Part shown: positions 35,601 to 44,072 of the stretch, piece after piece
Position numbering within the stretch: the stretch's first letter is position 1
How the letters are laid out: each line of letters begins with the position of its first letter
Virus record (IMG/VR): IMGVR_UViG_3300022555_003200
DNA: 64,000 bases
Strand: one strand, 5' to 3'
Source: a virus
Taxonomy: Duplodnaviria > Heunggongvirae > Uroviricota > Caudoviricetes
Made by a program: the position numbers and the translations under genes
Notes under the pieces: model-generated
Database searches by the model: none
The model's input: only the letters and a program-made list of their open reading frames with translations
Told to the model about the DNA's origin: nothing

Positions 35601-36410
35601 ACGGATATGAATGAGTTTAACATCAATATTATGCTAGATAAGTTTGGGCTAGGCGAGCCAACAGTAGTTGAATCGCTACTAGAGAAGTACAAGCTTAACG
35701 AAGCCCCGGAAGTCTTTAAAGCCAAGCAAGCTAAGGGAGCCCCTGAAGAAAAGCCTAGGGACAGGGATTTGACTGGCGAGCCTATGGTTCCAAAGGATTT
35801 GCCGGCCGGAGAAGCTCCTATCGCAGATCCGTCAGCCCCAGGAGAAACTATTCCTGGAACACCGAACAACCTCGCCGGCGAACCTACAGAAGACCCCGCT
35901 GTCGGTCAGGTTGATCCGGGTGTGACAGCTCCTGTAGGTGGTGGAGTTCCAGGAGGTCTTGCTGAGCCACTTGCTCCAACAGCTGCTCAGGACATGAGCT
36001 CCCCGGAATCGTCCAAGGCATATATCCAGAGTGAGTACCCGGAAGAGCCGTTTACATCAACGGCGCTTGCTTACGCGGACTCTATGATTGCTGATCCTAA
36101 TGTTTACGGAAAGGTTCGTAACATGCAATGGGGCGGCATTTGGAGTGACGCTGAGACACTAAAGAAGCAGGCTAAGATCGTTGGTGACTACGGTAATTTC
36201 TCTCCAGACACGGTTGAGGCTATTACAGACAGGTTTGGCAACACAGCCAAGTATAAGCTTGCTAGAGACGTTCGCCCGGTTATTTTTATTACGGTACGCG
36301 ACGTTGGCGACGGCGTTGAGCCGATCTCCCTAAGCGAGCTTAAGGGTCTTTCTGGAGCGCGTGAAGTACAGGCCACAGAGAACCCTGGTGAATGTAAGGT
36401 TGTGTACTAG
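32700..36410 (+). CDS. large acidic multi-module protein, putative prohead core/internal polyprotein (1236 aa)
   Basis: Many [ILV]xE-[AST] junctions, one full FKAA tag, two degenerate tags, Zn domain. Confidence 0.6.
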   Translation: MSADKTIFEKMFNHVNPNVGSTAENVAKKEEAAKTLGQSIQENVKMDAAMRPEVVKESEEVEMLNNMHRKDFGDVEDIESESEDSASPDFRLLLKGVQKDVSTKYADTCGICPDVDGDIIPIGSETAKSSARHDEVEQHMKDLAKEVGQNTVQQQVTAHQTEADELPKQEPEVHTAIMSEEPKEEIVCEEPAGEISTEDEVEGEEVFKVNVPAKLSKVAEERDPWLPHVAGQCMVCKKPATIKDAKGGEYCSPECQKSPAPKSKMRTFSYPTELGVVGRPAALESKKLKETSGEADHYQVIGISKPKDIKETTVDICWKYAGKSGVVGGQFESVEDFLRKSSDRSLEWYQVDGQDKVSMIEAKIKPLSEAGKKVFKAASPDDISKRPNSAKYSECDICKQPMNPHNEGCWSHMIDSKGEWVERIPYGGEGEDTSMPCGDCNVKSFGYHHDGCDSEHCPRCGGQMLGCECDWTSIGKRKAKSPRAVESKKHEFGDSTVSDFRGIFEGAKKIKEASTLEPGDDDLSPTEEDWKSEETFPILRPTTPERKPTDEGAFEDYLWKMDVKELRELLSSDRTKGDADRLSRRELQIVNTVIRRKELGERKVSEAGENNPGYWTRTKKGKRKWNSTKAYTQTPGTKPCKSCGKDMAEEGADECNDCFLDHNSPVEEAKKVNEDGMAPGGGSGTVAAMASAIPPTKVDRNKMPDSVPAQNPETHDNTEKQPEANEQGDKEYFGKQGDDNYYYLLSVPAEDEGSQGGISSEEKPDVTPNVAQAEEAPAEEKTPESMVAGFKESVDPANDFHFIKEQLSELLKSWESIASRQDSMGNVKGRLEALVNAMNEAKINEEDTLAGTQNFASLQIIDASGKVVKDDKSAEKSTDNIKNFLLQAMDELELTELAPDIVKKYLLADEVSTEDDEMTKTPSEDETNKVQGEPPTKTEKPKPGQNMASESIDKLMEKFNLSEKKEDTDMNEFNINIMLDKFGLGEPTVVESLLEKYKLNEAPEVFKAKQAKGAPEEKPRDRDLTGEPMVPKDLPAGEAPIADPSAPGETIPGTPNNLAGEPTEDPAVGQVDPGVTAPVGGGVPGGLAEPLAPTAAQDMSSPESSKAYIQSEYPEEPFTSTALAYADSMIADPNVYGKVRNMQWGGIWSDAETLKKQAKIVGDYGNFSPDTVEAITDRFGNTAKYKLARDVRPVIFITVRDVGDGVEPISLSELKGLSGAREVQATENPGECKVVY

Positions 36411-36412
36411 AT

Positions 36413-36847
36413 ATGGGCTGCGAATTTCCGAAGATAGATTACAACATCCTTGCTGTGGATTTCGATGGGACGATCGTGTCAAACGAGTTCCCTCTCATCG
36501 GAGTCCCCAACATGGTTGTTATAGATAAAGTTAAGGAGTTTGTAGCATCCGGTGGTAAATGGATCCTCTACACCTGCAGAAATGCAGATGAGCTAAAAGC
36601 CGCTGTTCAGTTCTGTGAGGAGCAGGGGATCACACCGGACGCTGTGAATGATGATGTTCCGGACATCAAGAACTCAGCATTTGGGCGCAGTAAGAGTATC
36701 AAGCCCTACTTCAACTGTTGTGTGGATGACAAAAACAGCACTATAGAAACATTTTCAATCGCGGATCTTTCCAAAGACTCATCTGTTTTAGAACCAGATG
36801 AGTTAGCTCAGAAAAGAATGTCCGGAATAATCAACTTTATAAAGTAA
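36413..36847 (+). CDS. HAD-superfamily phosphatase
   Basis: LAVDFDGTIV, LYTCR, KP...VDDK motifs. Confidence 0.8.
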   Translation: MGCEFPKIDYNILAVDFDGTIVSNEFPLIGVPNMVVIDKVKEFVASGGKWILYTCRNADELKAAVQFCEEQGITPDAVNDDVPDIKNSAFGRSKSIKPYFNCCVDDKNSTIETFSIADLSKDSSVLEPDELAQKRMSGIINFIK

Positions 36848-36861
36848 ACGAGGAGATAAAA

Positions 36862-37518
36862 ATGCCTACGTATTTGAACGCAAATTTAATTATTACAAGT
36901 TTGACCTATGCATCGGTACAGCCGGCGCAGAACGCTGTTTATAAGGATACTGGCGGTATCTCATATACGATCATAGCTGTTCAGGGGGCCGGAGCGTCAG
37001 CTCAGTACGCGGTTACCACGCTTGGATACAACAACCTAGACCCTAAGCTTGGTACGCTTACGAAGGTGTCTGGAACAGGGGATGCTACTGTAACTCTAAA
37101 GGCGTACGTGCAGAACGCAGTATCCATAATAGGATTTACGAGGATCGAGCCGGGGCAGACTGTTGCTACGGGTGAGTATTTGCTTAACCTTCCTTGGGAT
37201 GTTGTCCAGACCTCGGCATCTCCGTACATGGACACCATGATTTATTCGGCAAAACTCACGGGTACTACAACAGTTAACATTCCTACGACTGTTGTAGATA
37301 GTTCGTCTGGGCTAACCATACCCCTTCTTACAAACTACAAGTTCAGGGCGTATGTAGGCCTTGGTGAATGTTCGATACAGCTTAATAACGTTGCTGCAGT
37401 ATCAAGGTACGTAGGTTTGTATGACACCTATGAGATCTTTTGTAGCACCAGGATGGTTAATTCTGTGATTCTGACGATTTCAAGCGGAACAGTCTACGTT
37501 TCGATAGAAAAGCTGTAG
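36862..37518 (+). CDS. beta-rich hypothetical, probably virion-associated
   Basis: 218 aa, T/S/V/G-rich, SD GAGGAG. Confidence 0.5.
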   Translation: MPTYLNANLIITSLTYASVQPAQNAVYKDTGGISYTIIAVQGAGASAQYAVTTLGYNNLDPKLGTLTKVSGTGDATVTLKAYVQNAVSIIGFTRIEPGQTVATGEYLLNLPWDVVQTSASPYMDTMIYSAKLTGTTTVNIPTTVVDSSSGLTIPLLTNYKFRAYVGLGECSIQLNNVAAVSRYVGLYDTYEIFCSTRMVNSVILTISSGTVYVSIEKL

Positions 37519-37537
37519 AGATTATAGGAGCTTAGAG

Positions 37538-39652
37538 ATGGCTAACTTAAATGAGCAGATCGAAAATGAAAGTGTGATCCTGGAGAGAGACTCATCCAAG
37601 CTTCCTAAAGGAGTGTTGGCTAGGGTTTCCAGGATCGTGTGTTGGCTCGATGAGCGTAACGCCAACAACAGGAAGTACGGTAAGGACGTTTGGGAAACAA
37701 CGTTTAACAGGGACGACTTCAAGAGAAAGATGGATAACCGCACCATTCTTGGGGAGTACGAGCATCCAGAGTCTTCTGCTCTTAAGCTGGACAAGGACCG
37801 CACAAGTCACATCGTTAGTAAAATGTATGTGGGTCAGCCCGTACTGCACGAAGGCAGGATGCGTACTCCTGTTAAAGCTGAATTTGATCTTCTTCCAACA
37901 GACGCCGGTAAGTTTATCTTAATTCTTCACGAAGCGGGTGTCAAGGTTGGTGCGAGCACACGTGCTGACGGATCTTTGATGGAAGAGATTGATGAGGATG
38001 GGTCCAAGTATATGCGCGTCGATCCTAAGGACTATAAGTTCGTAACAATCGACCATACAGGCGATCCTAGCTGCCAGAACACGGAGCCGGAGTCGATCAT
38101 AAATGCCGTCCAGAGTAACTACGAGAACCATACGATCAATAAGAACGTTGCGATCGCTCTTCTTGAGAGTGTTCAGGGAGAAGCTGCTAAGGCCCTTGAG
38201 AAGCTTATCAAGGACGATAAGCAGCACGCCGGATGCAAGTGCAAACTTTCAGAGAAGGGATGCGCCGGTGGCTGTGGTATGGCTAAGAAGGCTAATGAGA
38301 GCGTTAACGACAAGTACGCGGCTGCTAAGGAAAAGATTAAGGAGTTAAGCTCCAAGATAGTTGCCGAGAAGGACGAAGCAAAGAAGCGTGCTCTCGAGAA
38401 GGAACGCGAGACACAGTACGACATTAAAGATGAGTACGAAGAGAAGTGGAAAGAACTTGGTGGTGCTCATGAGTCAAAGGCGAACGAAGAGTACACAACA
38501 AGTTCTGATACGTCCGGTCAGCCGGCCAATCTCGCGGCGGCAAAAGAAGATATGATGAAGTCCAAGGCCAGGACTGAAGAAACAGACAAGAAAATGCAGA
38601 GCGTTGCTGATAGGCCAGTTGAATCCGTTACTGCTAAAGACTCAGATAAGGAGACCGAGGCTACTATGAAAGAATCAAAGAAAGTAAATGAAGAGAGCGT
38701 TCCTAAGGGATTTTTAGAGCCACGGCCGCAGCCGACTGTCTCTGCCAACATTGGGGACAAGGTTAAGGAGTTTCTAGGAGATAACTGGAACAGATTTATG
38801 AACGACAGCGAGATGGCTAGCGGAGGAAGTGCCCAGTCTAGGGATCTTGACGCTATAGCTAATGTTGTGAAGGTGTTTAAGGTTCCTGAGGAGCAGGCTA
38901 AGCAATACGTGGGTCAGCTTCACCCAGCTCATCAGAACGAAAGTATTGAAACAGAGGATCCTCTCGCGTCTGTCAAAGAGAGCTACGTTAGCGATGTTAT
39001 TCGCTACGCTGGCGAGCTTGCAGCTATTCGTGAGGAGAAGGATGCGCTTGTGCGGAACTACTCAAATGATTCCGTTCACTTTGCGAACGCTCGTATGGAG
39101 CTTGAGAGACAACTATCAGAGAAGATTTCTGAGAATAGCAAGCTTCAGGAAGCCATTACAGTTAAGCAGGCCGACCACTTGTCGGAGAAGGCAGCCCTGG
39201 ACGAGCAGGTTGCCAAGCTTACTGAAGAGAAAAATAAGCTCGCAGGAGAACTTAATGAAAAGATTGATAAGTTGGGTAAAGAACTTGCTTCAAAAGAAAC
39301 AGCCATCAAAGAGTCAGAAAAGAAGCAAAAGCTGCTGCAAGAAGCACACGACAAAAAGGTGAAAGACCTCAACGAGGCTCACCAGTCAGAAATCATAAAC
39401 TTATATGTCGATAGCAGGGTTAAAGGGATGGGCTTACGGTTGCACGAGAAAGTCTTAACACTTTTAAGACAGTCCAAGAGCACCAAAGAAGTCGATTCCC
39501 TTATTCGCGAGACTCAGGACGCACTCAGAGAAGGGCTTACACAATCTGTTGGCAGGATATCTGAAGTGACCGTTGCCCGTCCAGTGGATAAGAACCAGGC
39601 AGACATAAACGCTAAAGTTGGCATAGCCCTCAAACACTTTGGCGGACTTTAA
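37538..39652 (+). CDS. gp21: gp21-like prohead protease fused to a scaffold-like coiled coil (704 aa)
   Basis: RNANNRKY, LGEYEHP (His), GASTRADG (Ser), IDHTGDPS; long E/K-rich C-terminal region; directly precedes capsid gene. Confidence 0.85.
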   Translation: MANLNEQIENESVILERDSSKLPKGVLARVSRIVCWLDERNANNRKYGKDVWETTFNRDDFKRKMDNRTILGEYEHPESSALKLDKDRTSHIVSKMYVGQPVLHEGRMRTPVKAEFDLLPTDAGKFILILHEAGVKVGASTRADGSLMEEIDEDGSKYMRVDPKDYKFVTIDHTGDPSCQNTEPESIINAVQSNYENHTINKNVAIALLESVQGEAAKALEKLIKDDKQHAGCKCKLSEKGCAGGCGMAKKANESVNDKYAAAKEKIKELSSKIVAEKDEAKKRALEKERETQYDIKDEYEEKWKELGGAHESKANEEYTTSSDTSGQPANLAAAKEDMMKSKARTEETDKKMQSVADRPVESVTAKDSDKETEATMKESKKVNEESVPKGFLEPRPQPTVSANIGDKVKEFLGDNWNRFMNDSEMASGGSAQSRDLDAIANVVKVFKVPEEQAKQYVGQLHPAHQNESIETEDPLASVKESYVSDVIRYAGELAAIREEKDALVRNYSNDSVHFANARMELERQLSEKISENSKLQEAITVKQADHLSEKAALDEQVAKLTEEKNKLAGELNEKIDKLGKELASKETAIKESEKKQKLLQEAHDKKVKDLNEAHQSEIINLYVDSRVKGMGLRLHEKVLTLLRQSKSTKEVDSLIRETQDALREGLTQSVGRISEVTVARPVDKNQADINAKVGIALKHFGGL

Positions 39653-39673
39653 AAGGGCATAAGGAGCATTAAA

Positions 39674-41149
39674 ATGAGTAAAGAACTTAATAGCCTAGTC
39701 GAGTCGAGACTGGCTGCAATCCACTCTGAGCGCGACAGGCTTGCTAAGTCTTGGAGCCCCTACATTGGTTCCGTTAGGAACTACATGGGCAAACAAGGCA
39801 AGACCCTGACCGAGAACGACGAGCGCAACATTGCTCGTTGCTTAGAGAACGCTCTGTTGGAAAGCGGCGTACGCTCGAAGTCCTCGATCTTTGAAACAAC
39901 GGATTCATCTGCCATCAGCTTCCTCGGCATTCAGCTTCCTGTCATTTCCGCCCTGCTTCCCAGCCTCGTGCTGAACAAGCTTGCGGTTACTCAGGCGTTG
40001 GATCGTCGTTCTGGTGCAGTGTTTTTCATGGACGTGAAGTATGGTTCCACGAAGGGTTCTATCACGTCTGGTCAGACGATGATGAGCTCTCTCACGGGTC
40101 ACAACGCTTCTGTTGCTGGCCGTCAGTTCGCCTCTGTGAGAGTGTACTCTGAATCCTTCAGCGGCTCAACGTACCAGACTGTTTACACTCCGATCCAGCT
40201 CGGAACCGTGGTTATCACCAACGCAGCCGGTACTGAAACTCTTACCGACTATGCAACCCCGGGCGTGCTGGTTGCTACATCATCCCTCACGGGCGTGGTG
40301 TCAGGAACTGTAACGGCTGCTGGTGCTGTGTCGCTGTCCGGAGCAATGCCTGGTGGTGGTACGAACACGATCACGTACAACTACAACTGGCAGACTTTCA
40401 GCGGTTCGGCAACGAACACTGAGTCAGTTCCGGAAGTTAACATCGCAGTATCTTCTTCGACTATCACGGCCGAAGACTTCCCGCTCCGTGCATATTTCAC
40501 TCTTGGTGCAGCTATTGACCTTGAGAAAGCACATGGGCTGAACCTGGAAGATGAACTTGTGAAGTACCTCGGTGGCGAAGTGAAGTTCACGATGGACCAT
40601 CTTGGTATTGATCTAATGCTCCAGGCTGCACAGAACACCCTCCCGGGTCAGCTCGCCGCGGCCGCAACGACGGTTGGTGCTTATACCGCCGCTCCGACCA
40701 CCGGTGAAACTTGGGTGTGGAAGAAGTACCAGTTCATCGACTTCGTGGAAAAAGCGAACGTTGCCATTATCAACCAGACGTTGCGTGCTATTTGCAACTT
40801 CATGGTTGTTGGTAGCAACAGCGCACGTCTGATCCGTCAGCTTGAGCCGCATTTTAAGCCGGCTGCTGGGTTGGATTCGCTCGTTCCGACAGGTCCGTAT
40901 GAACTCGGCACGCTGGATGGACGCCTTGTTATCCATGATCCGCTCTTGGGAGTGAACCAGATCCTGTTCGGATTCAAGGGTGACAACTACTTGTTCGCCG
41001 GCTTGCTTTTTGCGCCGTACATTCCTTTGTTTGCGACACCGACACTGGTGACCGCCGACTTGAAGGCGCAGAAGGGCTTCTTGAGTTCAGCGGGTTACAA
41101 GGTTGTAAATCCTGGTATGTTCTGCTACGGCACGATCAGCATCACATAG
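39674..41149 (+). CDS. gp23: T4 gp23-like major capsid protein
   Basis: CLEN, IFE/TT putative maturation site, TQALDRRSGAVFFMDVKY, DLEKAHGLNLEDEL, FAPYIPL. Confidence 0.92.
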   Translation: MSKELNSLVESRLAAIHSERDRLAKSWSPYIGSVRNYMGKQGKTLTENDERNIARCLENALLESGVRSKSSIFETTDSSAISFLGIQLPVISALLPSLVLNKLAVTQALDRRSGAVFFMDVKYGSTKGSITSGQTMMSSLTGHNASVAGRQFASVRVYSESFSGSTYQTVYTPIQLGTVVITNAAGTETLTDYATPGVLVATSSLTGVVSGTVTAAGAVSLSGAMPGGGTNTITYNYNWQTFSGSATNTESVPEVNIAVSSSTITAEDFPLRAYFTLGAAIDLEKAHGLNLEDELVKYLGGEVKFTMDHLGIDLMLQAAQNTLPGQLAAAATTVGAYTAAPTTGETWVWKKYQFIDFVEKANVAIINQTLRAICNFMVVGSNSARLIRQLEPHFKPAAGLDSLVPTGPYELGTLDGRLVIHDPLLGVNQILFGFKGDNYLFAGLLFAPYIPLFATPTLVTADLKAQKGFLSSAGYKVVNPGMFCYGTISIT

Positions 41150-41193
41150 TAGCTTAACAGAACTGGATTCACGCTTTATTGCACTAGAATCAC

Positions 41194-41229
41194 GAGTCTT
41201 GGGGGGAGGTAAAACTCCCCCCAGGATTC
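41194..41229 (+). terminator. strong hairpin after capsid gene (terminator or mRNA stabiliser)
   Basis: 15-bp stem gagtcttggggggag/ctccccccaggattc; no U tract. Confidence 0.55.
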
Positions 41230-41247
41230 AACTAAAGGACAGTGATG

Positions 41248-42006
41248 ATGAGTTTTGAAATGGATGTGACAGTAGTAAAAGAGTTGATGGAGAAGAACAC
41301 AGACACTAGAAATTGTATTGTGTGCGGTAAGTCGTTTGAGTGTCCTACTTGGAGTAAAAAGAAAAGTTGCAGTATTCAATGTCACAATAATAGAAAAGAC
41401 ACACGTCATGTGTACAGGAAGGCATGGAACAAGGGACTAGATAAGAGTGATCCTCGTGTTGCTAAGTATGCCGCATCACAGACTGGTAAAGTCCCATCAG
41501 AGGCAACACGGAAGATTTGGAGTGAGCAGAGGACTGGTAGACCAGCTTGGAATAAAGACAAGCCTCTTTCAGATAAACATTGTTTGGGGTTATCAAAAGC
41601 AGCATGTAAAAGAGTAGAAGCGGGTGGTGGAGTTTCCTACGGACGAAATGGATTTGTTGAGTTGCCTAGACTTGGAAGATTTCATTACAGATCATCGTGG
41701 GAGATGGACGCTTTAATGAATTTGGACAGGAACGAAGACGTTCTTAAGGTTGTAAAGGACTCTATTCGAATACCATATGTGTTTAACGGTCGCAATCATC
41801 ACTATGTATTAGATCTACAAATCTATATGAAGAGTGGTTTAGTTGTGTTAGCTGAGATAAAGCCAGATTTTAAGTTACTTGATTTAGAAACTAAGGCAAA
41901 GCTTGAGGCTGGACGCGAGTACGCTAAGACTGTTGGGTGCCCATTTCAAATTTGGAATAAAGATATTTGTTGCAACTATAACAGACAAGCAGAGGTATTA
42001 AAATGA
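41248..42006 (+). CDS. TnsA-N/gp4-like PD-(D/E)xK endonuclease with NUMOD-like repeats and a leader-like N-terminus
   Basis: YRSSWE...IPY...HYVLDL...AEIKP; WNKGLDKSDPRVAKYA; MSFEMDVTVVKELME. Confidence 0.75.
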   Translation: MSFEMDVTVVKELMEKNTDTRNCIVCGKSFECPTWSKKKSCSIQCHNNRKDTRHVYRKAWNKGLDKSDPRVAKYAASQTGKVPSEATRKIWSEQRTGRPAWNKDKPLSDKHCLGLSKAACKRVEAGGGVSYGRNGFVELPRLGRFHYRSSWEMDALMNLDRNEDVLKVVKDSIRIPYVFNGRNHHYVLDLQIYMKSGLVVLAEIKPDFKLLDLETKAKLEAGREYAKTVGCPFQIWNKDICCNYNRQAEVLK

Positions 42007-42920
42007 CAATAAATGATATTCTTGAGTGGGTGCGTCAAGAGTTCCAGCCAGTGTCTCTTGCTACTTCAGATGCGACTATTTTGCAAATGATTTCAAACGC
42101 AATTCGTTACTGGAATACCCATTCAAGTTTCCCGATCGCGAAGATGTTCCCGGCAGGTACCGGGACACGTAGTGTTCAGATGACCCCGGACTACAAGAAC
42201 GTTATCCAAGTGTACCCGGCAACTACCCCTGACTGGATCCTTCAAAACTACCCACTCTGGTCGTTGCTTGGCATCACGGTTATTGACAACTTGACATCCG
42301 ATTTGATCATGATCTCAGAAGCCTTTCGCAACTACCGTTACTATATGGGTACGGACTTCAAGTTTACCTACCAGAAGTCAGACAATTCATCCGTAGGCGG
42401 AGTGCTATACCTATCAAACCTTCCAGGTCCGACATCCTCTATTTGCGTTATCGGAACAAAGCGGATTGTATCACATGATGTGTCCGTGCAGATTACTGGG
42501 TATAAAGGAACATTCCAGTTCGTTCCAGTAACTCCCTCTACACTTACGATGACGGATGGAACGCACACATACACAGACGACGGTCTCGGGCATCTTATAT
42601 CGTCCCAGTCCGGCGGAAGCGGAACAGTCAATTACGCAACAGGCGCGTGGACTACAACAACGATGTTTCAGGGTTTCACGGCGGCTGCTACATACGAGTT
42701 TAATGAAGACATCAAGAGCGAGTACATGCTGGCGTGGCTTCTGTACTACGTTAAGGCACTCGTTAAACAGTGTGAGGGTAATGTGTTACGTAAGGTTGAC
42801 GCTATTGATATTAAGAACGACGGCGCCATTCTTTACAACGAAGGCAAGGAAGAAAAGGCTGATCTTGAGAAGAAGCTTAACGTTGAAGGACGCTGGCTAA
42901 GTTTCATAAAGAGGTTCTAG
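42003..42920 (+). CDS. gp13: gp13-like neck protein
   Basis: WLLYYVKALVKQCEG...LYNEGKEE..LE C-terminus; position after capsid. Confidence 0.65.
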   Translation: MTINDILEWVRQEFQPVSLATSDATILQMISNAIRYWNTHSSFPIAKMFPAGTGTRSVQMTPDYKNVIQVYPATTPDWILQNYPLWSLLGITVIDNLTSDLIMISEAFRNYRYYMGTDFKFTYQKSDNSSVGGVLYLSNLPGPTSSICVIGTKRIVSHDVSVQITGYKGTFQFVPVTPSTLTMTDGTHTYTDDGLGHLISSQSGGSGTVNYATGAWTTTTMFQGFTAAATYEFNEDIKSEYMLAWLLYYVKALVKQCEGNVLRKVDAIDIKNDGAILYNEGKEEKADLEKKLNVEGRWLSFIKRF

Positions 42921-43049
42921 TGGACTACTACGAGATGTTTGAGAATCTCCCTAAGGGAGCAAACGTTTTCAGTCTAGGTCTAAAAGAACGCGTTAAGAAC
43001 GTTGAGCAGCTTATTGAGAAGCTAAAGAAGGTAAAGAAAGAAGAGGACG

Positions 43050-44072
43050 ATGGATTACTACGGCATTCTTCAGGAACTTAACTACAACGGTATCATGAGG
43101 AAGCAGGCGAGTATTAACAAGCTGTTCCCTACGTTCGGCCAGCGTGTTGATGCACTCGCGTCTTTGGGAGGGGTCACACTCGTAGAGAAGATGCCTGAGA
43201 CTTGGCACTTCAAGGTTCCGTCGTCTAAGGGAGATGGTGTTAAGTACGACATATACGTTCGGTTTGTTAACATCGAAGAGACCATTAAGAAGTATGCCTC
43301 AGATCGCCGGCTGTGGAATAAGGCTGAAACGCGTGTGAACCTGAACTTGCTAGCTCAAGAGGTGCTTAATAACGTCGATATTGAAACAGACTGCGCATGC
43401 CCGGCCGACTTGTATTGGGGTGGTGAGTACATCAAGACACAGAGAAGTGCTCAGTATGACCATCCAGAAAACAGACGTCCGAAGAAGAGAAATCCAAAGG
43501 AATACGGCATGCTGTGCAAGCACGCGGAGCTCGTGTTCGAGGTGCTCCCGATGTTTGTAGGAACATTTGCTAATTTCCTAAAGCTTTATTGGATTGACAT
43601 CATTGATAACTCTGTTGAAGCAGCATCAAAGGACATGACTGGATACCGTGCCGCGGCCGAGGAGCTCGGAAGACGCGAGAAAGAGCAGATGCTAGCTAAG
43701 AAGACTAAGGGTAAAGGGCCTCGTGGAGAGCCTACCAAAGATAAGGGGGGTCCGTCCAAAAAAGAGGTGCCTACTGCCGAGCCTGTCGATGGGGGTGAGG
43801 AAGGTGAAGAAATACCAACTGCTGAGCCACTAAGTGGAGGAGAACCGGTGAAACAAGGAGCCGATCAGCCATTAAGAAAACATTCGAAGCTCCCTGAGCC
43901 GAAGCATGGAAAAGAAGCACCTCCAAGCAGGTACTCTAAGCTTCCTGAGCCAGGAGCCAGTAAGGAAGCCCCTCTAAGAACACATTCCAAGTTACCGACT
44001 TCGTCAACAAAGCCTGGGACAAAGCCCATAGCTAAGTCGAACATACTCGCTACTAAAAGGGGAACTAAATGA
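43050..44072 (+). CDS. SWIM-like Zn-finger protein with low-complexity Pro/Lys tail
   Basis: DCACP...MLCKH; HSKLPEP repeats. Confidence 0.6.
   Translation: MDYYGILQELNYNGIMRKQASINKLFPTFGQRVDALASLGGVTLVEKMPETWHFKVPSSKGDGVKYDIYVRFVNIEETIKKYASDRRLWNKAETRVNLNLLAQEVLNNVDIETDCACPADLYWGGEYIKTQRSAQYDHPENRRPKKRNPKEYGMLCKHAELVFEVLPMFVGTFANFLKLYWIDIIDNSVEAASKDMTGYRAAAEELGRREKEQMLAKKTKGKGPRGEPTKDKGGPSKKEVPTAEPVDGGEEGEEIPTAEPLSGGEPVKQGADQPLRKHSKLPEPKHGKEAPPSRYSKLPEPGASKEAPLRTHSKLPTSSTKPGTKPIAKSNILATKRGTK

Noticed and set aside
8294-36410. FKAA repeats as a CRISPR array, integron attC sites or other DNA repeat
   Set aside because: Copies are in frame in ORFs, irregularly spaced, non-palindromic and vary at synonymous positions.
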